From positions 26,610,890 through 26,674,889 of the forward strand of contig NC_057720.1 of the NCBI RefSeq assembly GCF_004010195.1: 64,000 bases of DNA, given 5' to 3'. Under the pieces are notes generated by a model. That model had not been told where the DNA came from. It did no database searches and saw nothing but the letters and a program-made list of their open reading frames with translations. Each line of letters opens with the position of its first letter. Within the stretch, counting starts at the first letter, position 1. This document shows, piece by piece, positions 47,865-60,835 of the stretch. The stretch is from Chiloscyllium plagiosum (taxonomy: Eukaryota). Both the position numbers and the translations under genes were made by a program.

Positions 47865-50699
47865 CTGCTCTGCACAAAGCACCTTCAAGTTGAAATGTGG
47901 CGAAAAAGTCTAACCAATAGCTTTTGCCATCATTTGCCTTTCTCAGGGAAGATCTGGTCCAGCTTCGCCCAGGCTGGGTGATTTCATACTCAGATGATTG
48001 TCTTTGCAAGGAAAATTTTAGAGGCTAGACAGGTGGAGCCATACAGCTGGAATACCAGGATCCCACTGCAAATGCCCCCCTGACCTGCCTGTACATTTGT
48101 GTCATTGACTCTCTGGAACTACCACTTCAGTTTTCAGAGGATCAAGATGTTGTGAGCATAGGGATTTATAGGTTGCAGAGTCAAAATAGCCAGGGTTATA
48201 CATGAATATTAAACTAATGGGGACAGGAAACTAATGAAACCAACACCAGCACATTTTCCGCCCATCTCTCTGAAACCCCTGACCCCCAACCCAGCCAAGG
48301 GCTGTTTTAAAACTCACCCTATTGCCTTCCTATTTTGCACCTATTGGATTCTCTGTTACTGTCCTCTTGTTTGCTTCCCCCTTCGCCTGGCATGTGATTC
48401 GAGTATTAAATTAATTGTTTTGATATACTTTACAGTTTATACCTTCCATCTAAGCACTTAAGGTTCCCTAAATCTTCTAGCATTACACTTTCAAGTATGG
48501 CTCATCACTTTCAAAGACTTTCTTTAAAAGCTTTCTCAAGACTTGAAAAACCTTTTCATTTGGTTAAACGGAATCTGATCTTAAATACCTTAAAGTATCT
48601 CAAAGGAAATCCATTTAAATTGATGTGATCAATCAATGTGACCAATTCACCCACATGGATCACTTTCAAAGATGCTATTCAACCAAACAGAACAGTCAGA
48701 AGCTGCAATTATCAAATTTTTAAATAGTTTGACCAAAGCTTTACTTCTGATTATCTCTCCATCCATTTCCTGCAGTTGTTAAATCACAAGCAGAGATAAC
48801 ATCTTGGTCTGGCTCCCCTTCAGGGCCTTGCTGATGACACTAACCCAGGACCATGAACAGTGATCTTAGTAATATCAGAGTGTGTGTGTATGTGCGTGTG
48901 TGAGTGAGAGAGATACCTGTCTGTGTGCCTGTTCTTAAGTAAACTACAGTTTCTGTTTCATCAAGCACAAATACTTCCCTTTAGCAGGGCATAACTAGCA
49001 GAAAATTTAAACATAAATAATATAGAGACCTTATCAAATTGAACAATAATAGACTTCATTAACTATGTATTTCGCAGAGCAGTGGACACCAGCTACAGGA
49101 GAACTCATGTGTACCTGAAAATACTGAATATTTCTCCTTCAGCATCACCTGGGTACAGCCTGTGAAAAAGAGGCAGGCAGTCATAGAATCCATCCCAATA
49201 AGGGTGTGTGCAGCTTATTGATCATTCAAGAATATTCCAGAATGTGACAATATTCTACAGGCATGACCTCTTTGGAATTGACTTTTATCAGTCCTGTGGT
49301 CATGGACTAGGGGAACTCAAAGAATGGAGGCAGAGGCACCAGGTGGAATCGAACATTTTCCTGCTGCAATGGTATATTCTCTGGGGCTGGAAACCTCAGT
49401 GGCCGACTGATGAGTACTCAATTAAACCAAGTAATTGAACAGTTATCCCAACTCAATCCCATTTTACTGGTGCTGGAGGGGTCACAGACCCTTGGGCAGA
49501 TCACCTGCAAAGCAATGGGGATCTCTCAGAGGCTTCCTCAACGGGGTCCCTCTGTGTCCATAGCATCATATCCGAATGCAATGGCCACCCGTGATGGCTC
49601 TGACGCAACTGCTGGAAAGCCCACCTTCCAATCACTGGGACCTGGCTGCCCTGCCTAGGCCCATTAAATTTAAAGGCCTTACCTTTGTCTTTATGAGTCT
49701 CAGCACTGACCATCTCCAGCAGAAACACTGTCTTCAGGTTGACATGGTACTGGAGTTCTGACTGGGCCAGGAATTCTAAGAGACAGCTCTCTGTCTTCAA
49801 TCAATATTGAGGACTGTTAGGTAATCATCTTTGGTAAAATATTACTCAGGGCCTCATCATCAATCTACACTGCTACAGGAAAACTTGGGCTTTAATAAAA
49901 TTCTATCCTTTATCCCTCACATACAACTAAATTAGGCTCTCTTATCTCAGTAGCAGCAGCATTCTAAATAGAGTCAGTAACACCAATCTCCTGGAATCCA
50001 ATCCAAACAACTGACAGTATCAAATCAGTTTCCATGCTGCTGTTAATCAGGATCAGTGTAAATCAAGTATTTACCATTTTGTTCCCCATTTTTGACTCTA
50101 TCTTTGAGGTCTACCAAAAGCTTTTTCTAAATGATATTTTATTGCACTATCACACTGCTATACCACTGGACCATGGTTCCTACACAGGGGTTAATCATCA
50201 CCTCACTCACCTCCCTCTACCCAATCTCCATCAAATTTAAGGTCACATATTTCTAACACAGCTTTCTCATAGGTAATTAGCACGCTCTTCTCATGTGAAT
50301 CACACCAGTTCAATTTCTCCCCATTATTGATTTGTACCTCTGAGCTGATATTCTCAAAAGATTTGCTCATCCAAAGGTTGTTAAATTAGTTGTCTCAGCC
50401 AACTCATATTTTTGCTGTGTCATTGTCATTACTGCTGGCCTGCGCTGACTGTGCGTTCTCAGCTGGCACCATCTCCCCACTAATAACCTGTCCCTTCCCA
50501 TACCTTCCTGAACCAATCAATGTTACGCATGCTCCACAATCACTCTCCTCCCCACTCTAAAGAAAGGGTCGGTTTCTGTATTCTTGACTGGGATCAGCAG
50601 AACAACATTCAACTCTTCAAAGCAGTTACAACACTTTTGCTTATGTTGTCACATCTAAAGTTTTAAAAGATGTGCCTGTAGAGAGAGTGAATGGCCTTG

Positions 50700-51665
50700 A
50701 TTCTAGAATAATCTCTGTAGCTTTAGAAAGTAGCAAATGTAGCCCTGCTATCAAAGAAGGAAGAGGGAGATAGAGAACAAGAGACTATAGGCTAGTTAGA
50801 CTAACATTCTGGATTAGAGGTGCTGGAAGAGCACAGCAGTTCAGGCAGCATCCTGCTGTGCTCTTCCAGCACCACTAATCCAGAATCTGGTTTCCAGCAT
50901 CTGCAGTCATTGTTTTTACCTAGTTAGACTAACATCACTAATAATGAAAATGTTTGAACCTATTGTGTGGGCTGTGTTACTAGGGCACATAGAAAAATGT
51001 AAATGATGAGGAAGAGTCAAAATGGAAATTGTTAAAATTTGGTGAAATTGTGTTTACCAAACTGGTAGAGGTTTTTTGAGACTATAACTAATACAGTGAT
51101 AATTGGGTGCACGTAGAATATTTGAATTTCAAAAAAAATGTTCTCTGAGGTGGCACAGAAAAGGTTATTTTACAAGGTTAGGTCTGATAGGAATGGGAAT
51201 AAGATATCAGAATGGATGGAATATTGGATAACAGACATAAACCTGAATAAATGAGTAATTTCAGTGATGGCCTACCTAGTCTTTGTGTCTTAGTTATGTT
51301 TAATTTATATTCATGATGGATGAGGAAACTGAGTTTTCAAAGTTGGGTGGAAAAAGAAACTGTGAGAAGGATGCGAAGAGGCTGCAAAAGAATATTAACA
51401 GTTTGAGTGACTGAGCAAGAATGTGGTATTGGAATATACAATGGAGAAGCATGAAGTTATCCACTTGAAGGGAAAAACAGAAAAGCAAAATTGCTTTTTA
51501 AATATGGGAGATGTTGGTATTTGATGAGACAGTTAAGGCCTTGTGCAAGAATAACAGAAATTTAGCCTGCAATATAAAGCAGGTGATTATGAAAACAAAA
51601 ACTGCGTTAGTCCTTATGACAAAGGACTTGGAGGAGAGGAGTAAAGAAACATTTCTACAATCATC
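50700..51665 (+). mobile_element. Highly degenerate CR1 RT fragment
   Basis: 'gactataggctagttagactaacatc' (YR.V.LTS), 'tgtgagaaggatgcgaagaggctgcaaaag' remnants. Confidence 0.6.
50808..50919 (+). mobile_element. Minimal fold-back Penelope-like element lacking the hammerhead, 16-bp TSD
   Basis: TSD ctagttagactaacat at 50792-50807 and 50920-50935. Confidence 0.88.
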
Positions 51666-51786
51666 GATGGGAAACTCCATTTTAAAATATTCACCATTGA
51701 TCTACAGTAACTGTCACAGCTGCAGACAACACCATGGTTAGCATTTACACTGCTGAGTTGCTGTCACATGGCATTCTGTGCAATAT

Positions 51787-52003
51787 GGTAAAAACAATGA
51801 CTGCAGATGCTGGAAACCAGATTCTGGATTAGTGGTGCTGGAAGAGCACAGCAATTCAGGCAGCATCCGAGGACAGGCAAAATCGACGTTTCGGGCAAAA
51901 GCCCTTCATCATTCCTGATGAAGGGCTTTTGCCCGAAATGTCGATTTTGCCTTTCCTCGGATGCTGCCTGAATTGCTGTGCTCTTCCAGCACCACTAATC
52001 CAG
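51787..52003 (-). mobile_element. Fold-back Penelope-like element with hammerhead motif, 14-bp TSD
   Basis: TSD attctgtgcaatat at 51773-51786 and 52004-52017; core at 51915-51942 (+). Confidence 0.92.
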
Positions 52004-52695
52004 ATTCTGTGCAATATCTCTAACCGTTCTGGGCCCACAGCACAATGCACTTTTCTAACACAAAGGCACAGATGCCTGCACATGAACAGAAGTTGGGAGT
52101 CCTTATCACTTGGTTTCTGTGAAGAGCTAAATGTTAAACTCTTTGAGTAGACAAATAGTCAAAAGAAAAACTCTTTCACGCAGTGACCAGACCCTCACTT
52201 TTTTTATTCCTCTCCCTACACCTCTACCTTTCTCCAATTCCAGTCCTAATGTCTATGGAGTGTCAAAGATGCCACGAAGATCACCTCTATTTACCTTCCA
52301 AAAGGCTTGCAAGCAGCCAATTCTGTGTGTGTGATTATCCAAAGACAGTCTGGCCAACATCTCAGTCAGGGACCAAAAGCCAATAAATTACAACTGGACC
52401 AGTCTCTTGTGAATGCATATTTTTCATTTTTAATATTTGGCCAACGTTGCCTCCCTCTACTTTTATTTGGTAATTGTGTATGTGGGTTTTGAGTGCATGT
52501 GTTGCATTTCAGGAATTGTATGAACTATTTTATTTTTTAATCCAGGTCAGTTTCAGAACAGAACAGAACAAAATTGAACTCATACTTTCTAAAAAGCTTA
52601 AGAAACCTTGTCTGGCTAATCCCTTATAACCAGCACATAAACTGTTAACTGCATGCATTGAATCAGCATGTCCACCTTTCAAATTTTAAACGTAC

Positions 52696-52804
52696 CTGAT
52701 ACAACGAAGAGAAAAATGCAGGAAACTCGCAGGTAACATCTATCCTCGCCTGGTATATCTGAACTCAAGGCAGAAATGCAACATTCTTTGATTATAGACA
52801 ACAT
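52696..52804 (-). CDS. Candidate first coding exon, MLSIIKECCISALSSDIPGEDRCYLRVSCIFLFVVS(G); protein not identified
   Basis: Donor CAG|gtacgt, ATG-initiated frame ending in a hydrophobic stretch, TE-free upstream region; an alternative frame MLPASFLHFSLRCI is also open. Confidence 0.25.
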
Positions 52805-54312
52805 TTGAAAATCACTCCAGCTGCAATTTTGCAGCTTGCTTTTTGCCTGAATTCTTTGGTTCTGACTTAGAGTTTTAGCTCACTCCTTCCCCCTTCAGCT
52901 ACCTCATGTTGAGCACTTTAAATTACTGCTTTCTCAGTAGGTTCTGTTTCAGGGTACATTTTTCCAGACTCTTGACAATGTAAATTAAGGAGGGATTACA
53001 TTTTATTTAACAGCAGTAAACTAAAAGGCAAGAGTTGTGAGAATAACCTCCCTTCCTCATAACAGTTTCTCTGTTGTGATTGATAGCACTTGCTGTGTGA
53101 AGAGAGCATTAATTTCCGTGCACAGCATCCAGCGCCAATGATTCGGAGGACAGAGGTGATTCTGGAGGTTCTTCTTTGCCCTAGAACATGTGACATATCA
53201 AGATTGCTGCAGTGAGTGCAGTATTAGTCAGCATATGAGCACACAAGCACTGTGCCAGTTCTCCTGATTGCCTGGTGGGCTGGAGGAATGACTTAAATGA
53301 CATTTGTACACAGCATTAGGGAGCCTGCTGGGAGAGAGGAATATGTGATTGACAGCTGGAATTTATGCGTGGAGAGTGTAATACTTATCATAGGTATTAC
53401 ACTTTGCTGCTAGTTTCTCCCGTTTATAAAGCACACTCGGGGGATTCACCATTCTTTCCATCTTTTTAAGGGAAGCCTCCCTTTCACCACACACCCCACC
53501 ACCAACCTCACAACTCCCAGTCCTAATCACATCAGGGCTTGGATTTTGCTGAGCTGAGGGCCCTAATCAAGTCAACTAAGTCGAAGGTTTTATGACACTG
53601 AAGCTATATGGCAGGCAATCAACATGAACAGATTTCACAAACCACAACTCTCAGAGCTGATGCTTCTATTGCAAGTTAACTCATCAAAGACTGCAGGAGC
53701 CTTTCTTCATTAAATTCTGTCCTGATCACTGGTGCTTACATTACTGAGGCATGCTATGAATTCTGAATATTTTCTGTCTCTGTATATTTCTCTGCCTCTT
53801 TGTAACATTCAATTTGAGAAACTAAACTTAAATAATTATTTGCATGTATTTGAGTGATAAAAGGTTTATGCACTCCCTTTCTTAAGAGTTAGGTGACTGA
53901 GCAATTATTAGACTCCTCTGAAGCCAGTCTGTAAGCAGCTCTTCGGAATTTCCACAACAGCAGTGAAAGTTGTCCATCATTCACTCTCTTGTTTCCACTG
54001 GCTGCTTCACCTGTCCAGCTAAGATTAAAAATCCATAGTCAAGAGAATTGTGTGGCTAATGAATTACTAACATGCCACCGCTCCAATTCATGAATGCTGA
54101 GCCTGTGACCAGCCTACCCTTCCTGCTGGTTTCTCAGGATCGTTCAGCTATGGTTTGGTTTCTGATCAGTGATTCGTTCACCTGAGTCAAAACAAATTTC
54201 CCTGCCATTTTGTCACTGTTTCTTATTGCCCTGTGTGCACCTTCTGGATTTCATTGTCTATCCCATGCATCCTCCAAAGCTCACCCCTTCAAATACTGGA
54301 CTTCAGCTGTCA

Positions 54313-54636
54313 ATCATAGTGTGCCCACAATGTGGAAGCAGGCCATTTGGCCCATCAAGTTCACACCAGTCCTCTGAAGAGCATCCCACCTAGACCCACT
54401 CTATCCTTGTTATTCTGCATTTCCCACGGCTAATCCATTTAACCTGCACTTCCCTGGGTCACTATGGGCAATCCATCTAACCTCCACATCTTCAGATTGT
54501 GGAAGAAATTAGAGCACCACAAGAAACCCACACAGACAGAGGGAGAATGTGCAAACTCCACACAGACAAGTGCCCAAGAATGGAATCGAAACCAGGTCCC
54601 TGGTACTGTGAAGCAGCACTGAGCTACCATGCTGCC
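54313..54636 (-). mobile_element. HE1/V-SINE
   Basis: Reverse complement of the family sequence. Confidence 0.82.
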
Positions 54637-55629
54637 AACTGGTATGTCAGCTGCCAACAGTCAGTCGACAGCTCACCCTACCAACATGCAACAACTTTAT
54701 CCCATCACTGGTCCTCTGACTTTAACTGGAGATTCCTTCCTATTGTTTCTTCTTTATTGCCTATTTCATCAGAATTTACATAATTATTATGTGAACAGGT
54801 CAAGTTATTTCAGTGATACCTCCATCCATTTGTGCGCCTTTTGCTGCTACTGACCTGACCATATTACATCTATTCCCACTTTTTTATACCCCTTTGTCTT
54901 TTTCTGTCCTCAATTCTGCACCCCTGTCATCCTTTCATTCCACCCCTCGCAGTTCCAATGTCGCCTCAAATCCCTCTGTACTCCTTGATGTTAACCCTCA
55001 ACCTCAATTCTCAGATCAGGCAGTTAGGTTCTGATTGGCTAGGGTGTTGCCATGGGAATGAGCCAGATGTTTGACTGTCTCCATAGCCTTTTATTTTGAA
55101 AAGGTATAATCCATATACAAGTTCCTTTTGCCTTCATAAAGCAGTATCCTAAATATTTATGTCTGTAGCTTCCAGCATGTGCAAATACATTGCTCTGCAG
55201 CCCCAGCTGATAATCTTAAATTGGTTTCCAATGTAATTCTTAGCATAGTTCAGATTATTTCACATATGATTTCTAACAGCAGAATCACATCTAAGTGTGG
55301 ATATGCTTCTCCGAGGCTTGCAAGCATGGGCTTATTGAGCAGAGCCTCATGTTACAAGCTGCAAATGGTCAATGGAGTCTGCTGTTTGATATGGTCTGGT
55401 CTGCTAGACATATGGCCTACATACCTGGCATCATACTGGCTCATAAACCCATTGGGTAGGCTAAATGTCTTTTTGCCTTGATCGTAGCATTATTTCGTGA
55501 GAAAACCACATACAATACTTACTCTCTCCAGTGTAACCTAAGGTAGACTAAGCACTGCTCAGGGTCAAAAGTGCTGGACACAAGTGCTTTCTTTGATGAG
55601 CAGCCATGGTAATGTTAAGAGGTACCACA

Positions 55630-56985
55630 ATATACATACATGGAAACCAGACAAAGGGATTGTAACAGTCATACTCCATATCAACAAAATGTATACTGTG
55701 CTCAAGGATGGTTCCAATCTCATAATTATCGGACTTGCCACTACATATGACCGACCAGCCAGACTTGACAATAAGCTTGCTGGACTTCTGAAGGAGTGAA
55801 AGCCTACCTGGTGATACACATGATAAGACTCATCCTCATGGCTCACCATGTCCACCTATTTATGAGCTACCCAATACACACAAAATTAATTACCTATTAC
55901 CACAAATTCTGTCTATGAATGGCTCTACACAATGTGACTTGGCCAAATTGCTGTGAGCTGTTGCAATTTCCAAATGAGTTTCCACATACACAGGGAAGGA
56001 TCCCTTTATGTTCAATTAAACCATACAACACTTACACTCAAAGAATGTGCTTTTTCAAAATTGCCAGCTCATTTGCTAACAAACCATTTAAAGCAATCAT
56101 TGTCTTCTGCACTATCACGATATCATGACAAAATCTAAGTGTACCACTTACATCTGAATTAATCTGTCTTCATTGAGCTTTTGAACTGAGCAACGCATCC
56201 TGCTGAGCTTTTCCAGCAACTTCTGTTTTTGTTGAACTCATCCAGTTGAGTTCAGTTTCAAATGACACCCAAAACGTATGCCCCAAAAAGATGGGATTGC
56301 CATGGGATCCCACTATCACAACTCATACTAACATCTTTGTTGGTTATCATGAAAAGAACATCTTTGATAACTACTCACCTCCTACCCTATACATATTTCC
56401 AATCTGTAGATAATTGGCTTGTGATATTTGATACTGCAACTGCATCAAAGAATTTCCATACACAGTTTAATAAACTTTATTCTGCACTCAAATTTACCAA
56501 TGAAATGGAGCAACCAACCGGATTTCCTGTCCTCAATGTTCTGAAGTCTAAAAAGAAGTTATCAATTACTCTCTATCAAAAGTCGATTTTCACTGGTCTA
56601 TATAGGATTTCTTATAGTCCTACACTTTGTATGATCAATCTTACTGACAGACCCATGAATAAGATGCTAGTCATCTGATCACCATATAAAATTAATGCCA
56701 AGGTAGAGCATATCAAAACTATCCTGTGTGGTAATGGAACCTAATCAAATCATCACTTACTAGGTCCCATGAAAACACATAAAAGGGCCTATGTCCACCA
56801 CTTCTGGCCCCAAGGTATTGCTGGATTATCTCAGATTACCCTGGAAAGGGAGGCATCTCAAAAATGTGAACAGCATGTAAAGCTAGCTGTCTCAGGCTGC
56901 TATTCTGCAGTAAAGCCATGAGTGCTTTCTCCACTAACAAGATACTGCCATCAAATGAAACAGATGTTTTGCCTGCCAAAAGTAT
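55630..56985 (+). mobile_element. Old degenerate Penelope-like RT fragment of a different clade
   Basis: 'KPDKG..VIL', 'gattgccatgggatccc' (IAMGS), 'YFQSVDN' (Y.R.VDD), 'LKFTNEMEQ..GFPVLNVL'. Confidence 0.65.
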
Positions 56986-57211
56986 GATGTGGAGGAGCCA
57001 ATGTTGGACGGGAGTGGACAAAGTAAAAAATCACACAACACCAGGTTATAGTCCAACAGGTTTATTTGGAAGCCCTAGCTTTTGGAGTGCTGCTCCTTTA
57101 TCAGGTTGTTGCACAGCGACCTCATGAAGGAGCAGTACTCCAAAAGCTAGTGCTTCCAAATAAACCTGTTAGACTATAACCTGGTGTTGTGTGATTTTTA
57201 ATTTTGTCTAC
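56986..57211 (-). mobile_element. Fold-back Penelope-like element, sub-family 4
   Basis: Arms ~57015-57103 and ~57121-57211; degenerate core 'ctcatgaaggagcagtactccaaaagcta'. Confidence 0.8.
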
Positions 57212-59231
57212 AAAAAGTAATGAGTAATATGAGGTAGTAAGACATAATTTCTGCTGTCGGCAAAGCACCTGTACTATCAAGCAATTATTTATATTCCTAT
57301 TCACTTGTTTGCTACCTCTAGACTTGACTATTTCAACACAGTCCTTTCACTACCCTCAATAAATCTGGCAAACGCATCAAATTTCCTATGGCTGAACTCA
57401 CACCAAATTCCGAATGCATTACTCCCATGTGCTTTTTGATGTACACGGATTCCTACATAAGCAGCGCTTTGATTTTACATCATCCTATTTTGCAAAATCC
57501 TACATAGCCTGACCCCTTCTTATCTTTGTAATCTCCTTCCACCCCACAATTCTGGACTCTTTAGCATCCCCACTGTTAATCATTCTCCATTTGTGGTTGT
57601 GCTCTCAAGTGTTAAATGATTAAACACAAGAGTGCCTCTCCCTAAGTTTCTGTGCCTCTCCACCTCTCTTTCTCCCTTTAAGATGCTGTTTAGTACCTAC
57701 ACTTTAACTAAGCTAATGTTAGCTGCCCTAATGTCTCTTTATCGGGCACAATAGCAAAATGGTTTGCCTGTACCTCAGAATATTTTACTTTATTTGAGGC
57801 TCTACATAAATACCAGTTCTTATTATTCCTGTTGTTGGACAACCAAACTGTGAAAACACACAGAGTTTCAATTATTTTTACAGGTATTTAAGCATTCATA
57901 ATAATCATTGGAAAGTCTTAACAGTTATTTGCTTTTGCATTATCTCACCAAATCTCTCTTGTAACCTCTGTATTTTAATAACATAAAAAAAATGGAGAGA
58001 TCATGATAGCTGTAAAATGTTGCTACAATTGTCTATTGTCTACTGTAAGTAGACTGCACCAAGGTGACTATAATGTTTCTCTGGCTGGTAGTAAATTAAT
58101 GACTTAACACCATTGTTATATTGAAAAAGATTACATAGATAGTAACTCATATCTCTCATTTGGCTGTTCTATGACGCATTTCTTTTTCATTCTCATAGAT
58201 CACAGGGGAAATGTTTTAACCCATATAAACTGCAACAACTCGCATTTATATAGTGCTTTTAATATGGTTAAACATTCATCAGTCACAAATAGTGACTGAC
58301 CAAGAAGACTGTCACTGAACATTTGTGAAATGGACAGCTCTGTAATCTCTTCAATTTATCATTTTATTTCTCAGCGAAGACCTATTGAAACTCATCTAAT
58401 GTGAATTAGTGATTGCGAATGCTAGTTGAGGTTAAAGTTGAAGCCAGGAATTGTTGGTAACACTTCACATTGTGTTATATTCTGTGCCCCAGTTTGATTT
58501 GTGTTCTCCCAAGTTGTTTTCAAAATATTATGGTTTTCTAAAAGATGAAAAAGCATCACATCTCTGAGGGGATAAAATAATATTAAATCATATTATTTTG
58601 CAGCTGTTAGTGCATGTTTATTTAGAACACATTTGATGATGAGATCTCAGTTGATTTTCTGTTGTATTATGGAGGTGGCATCACATTTGAGAACAGATGC
58701 CACTTTGCAGCAAGAAGCGTTACCAGTGGGCTGCTGGAGGCACTCCATAAAACATGCGATCAATCGGATTCCTGTTTAAAACCCGTATTCATATTTTTGA
58801 TCTTTTTTTCAAATTTAGTTATTTACCTAATGTGATGATGAGTCAGCACGGAACACATGTCATGAACATATGAACAATACCGCATCACTTTTGCCTTGCC
58901 AAGCCAGATCATTCAAAAGATATAAATTGCATTGCTCAATTCTTTATCATCCTCTTCCACAATATAAATGCCTATCCTCTGAACGGACAATTCTACCTTA
59001 CTGCCACTTGCGTCTGCAGAAATACTCAAATTTGAATCAGTACTTTGAGGGCAATGTTGATGATTTACCATTTATGTTTCGGCATAACCTGAGAGATTTA
59101 GGTTCTTGTTTGGGATTTGCAAGTAGGAGGAGTTGTAGTGTAACTCATTTCACATTGCTTGCTGCATCCCACTCTAATCTTTATTCCAAGATCTCCAACA
59201 TTACTTGTCTCTTTCCAGCTACTAGCTATCA

Positions 59232-59541
59232 GATTAGATTCTCTACAGTGTGGAAACAGGCCCTTCGGCCCAACAAGTCCACACCTCCCCTCTGAAGAGA
59301 AACCCACCCAAACCTATTCCCCTACCCTATATTTACTCCTGACTAACACTGTGGGCAATTTAGCATGGCCAATTCACCTGACCTGCACATCTTTGGATTG
59401 TGGGAGGAAACAGGAGCACCCGGAGGAAACTCACGCAGACACAGGGAGAATGTGCAAACTCTACACAGACAGGCGGGAATCGAACCCAGGACACTGGTGC
59501 TGTGAGGCAGCAGTGCTAACCACTGAGCCACCGTGCCGCCC
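59232..59541 (-). mobile_element. HE1/V-SINE
   Basis: Well-preserved head 'ggcggcacggtggctcagtggttagcactgctgcctcacagc' on the minus strand. Confidence 0.9.
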
Positions 59542-59616
59542 TTAATTGATTCCAATTCCAGCCTTTTGGTCTTCTCTTGCCTTTCTCCAGCTTCAAGCTC
59601 TAATTTTGTTTTTAAG

Positions 59617-60835
59617 GTAGACAAGCAGAAGGCTGGAAGAACGCAGCAAGCCAGGCAGCATCAGGAGATGGAGAAGTCAACGTTTCAGGTGTAACCCTTC
59701 TTTAACACTGGGGGGTGGGTGTAAGGGGAGCTGCAGAAAAAGGGAGTGGTGGGAGCAGGGTGGTGAAGTGGGGATAGGTGAAGACAGGCAGAGGGTATGA
59801 CCTGGTTGGTCAATGGGAGGAATGAATCCGGTCAGTGGCTGACAGAAATAGAAGGGATGTGGAGGGAAAGGAAGGGAGACTATTTGAAATTGAAGAACTC
59901 AATGTTGAGCCCTCTGGGCTGTAGGCTCCCCAGATGGAAGATGAGGTGTTGTTCATCCAATTTGAGGTTCAATTCGCTGTGGCAATGGAGGAGGCCAAGG
60001 ATAGTCATGTCAGAAAGGGAGTGGGAAGGGGAATTATAATGGGTGGTGACTGGGAGGTCCAGGTGACCCCTGCAGGCCTAGCTGAGATGCTCAGTGCACC
60101 ATTCCCTAAGTTTATGTTTGCCCTCCCTCAATGCAAGGAAGACCAAATCGGGAGCACCTGATGTAGTAAACAAGGTTAGAAGAGAGGCAGATGAACCCTT
60201 GTCTCACCTGGAAGGACCGTTTGGGGTCCTGATGGAGGTAAGGAGGATGGTGTAACAGCAGGTTTTGTATTTTTTCTGGTTGCAGAGGAAGGTACCCTTA
60301 TTGCATTTGGTGTGGGGGCGGGGGGGGAAAGAGTTTTAGAGCAGCAGAACGAGGAATGAACTCCTACCAACACCCATCACCAAGGACATCTTCCCCTCCC
60401 CACCCCTCTCTCCCTTCTGCAAGGACTGTTCCCTTCATCATTCCTTGGTTTGTGCCACTCTCCGCACCAACACCACCACCACCCCCACCCCATTGAACCC
60501 TCACGTACCTTTCCCTGCAACCAGAAAAGGTGCAAAACCTGCCAGCACACCACACCCCTCACCTCCATCCAGGGCCCCAAACCGTCTTTCCAAGTGAGAC
60601 AGAGGTTCACTGGCCTGTCCTCCAACCTAGTTTACTGCAGCAGGTGCTCCTGATGTTGTCTTCTTGACATTGGGGAGACCAAATGTAAACTAAGGGCACG
60701 TTTTGCTGCATCTGTGGAGACAGAGCAAGCTTGAAACATTAGCTTGCTCTCTCTCTGTGGATGCTGCCTGACCAGCTGTGACTTCCAGTATTCTTTGTTT
60801 TCGGTTCAGATTCCAGCATCTGCAGTAATTTGTTC
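59617..60835. mobile_element. Penelope-like element with an inverted duplication of the endonuclease region
   Basis: Minus 59617-~60320 and plus ~60364-60705 both encode the 'RQ.F..LSSNLVY' GIY-YIG region; PLE-type tail at 60735-60835. Confidence 0.8.

Noticed and set aside
3647..52003. Repeated palindromes as a CRISPR array or prokaryotic REP/IS elements
   Set aside because: Dispersed rather than regularly spaced, flanked by TSDs, linked to PLE coding remnants, in a vertebrate context
59470..59541. tRNA-like sequence
   Set aside because: It is the head of an HE1 SINE, continuous with the SINE body
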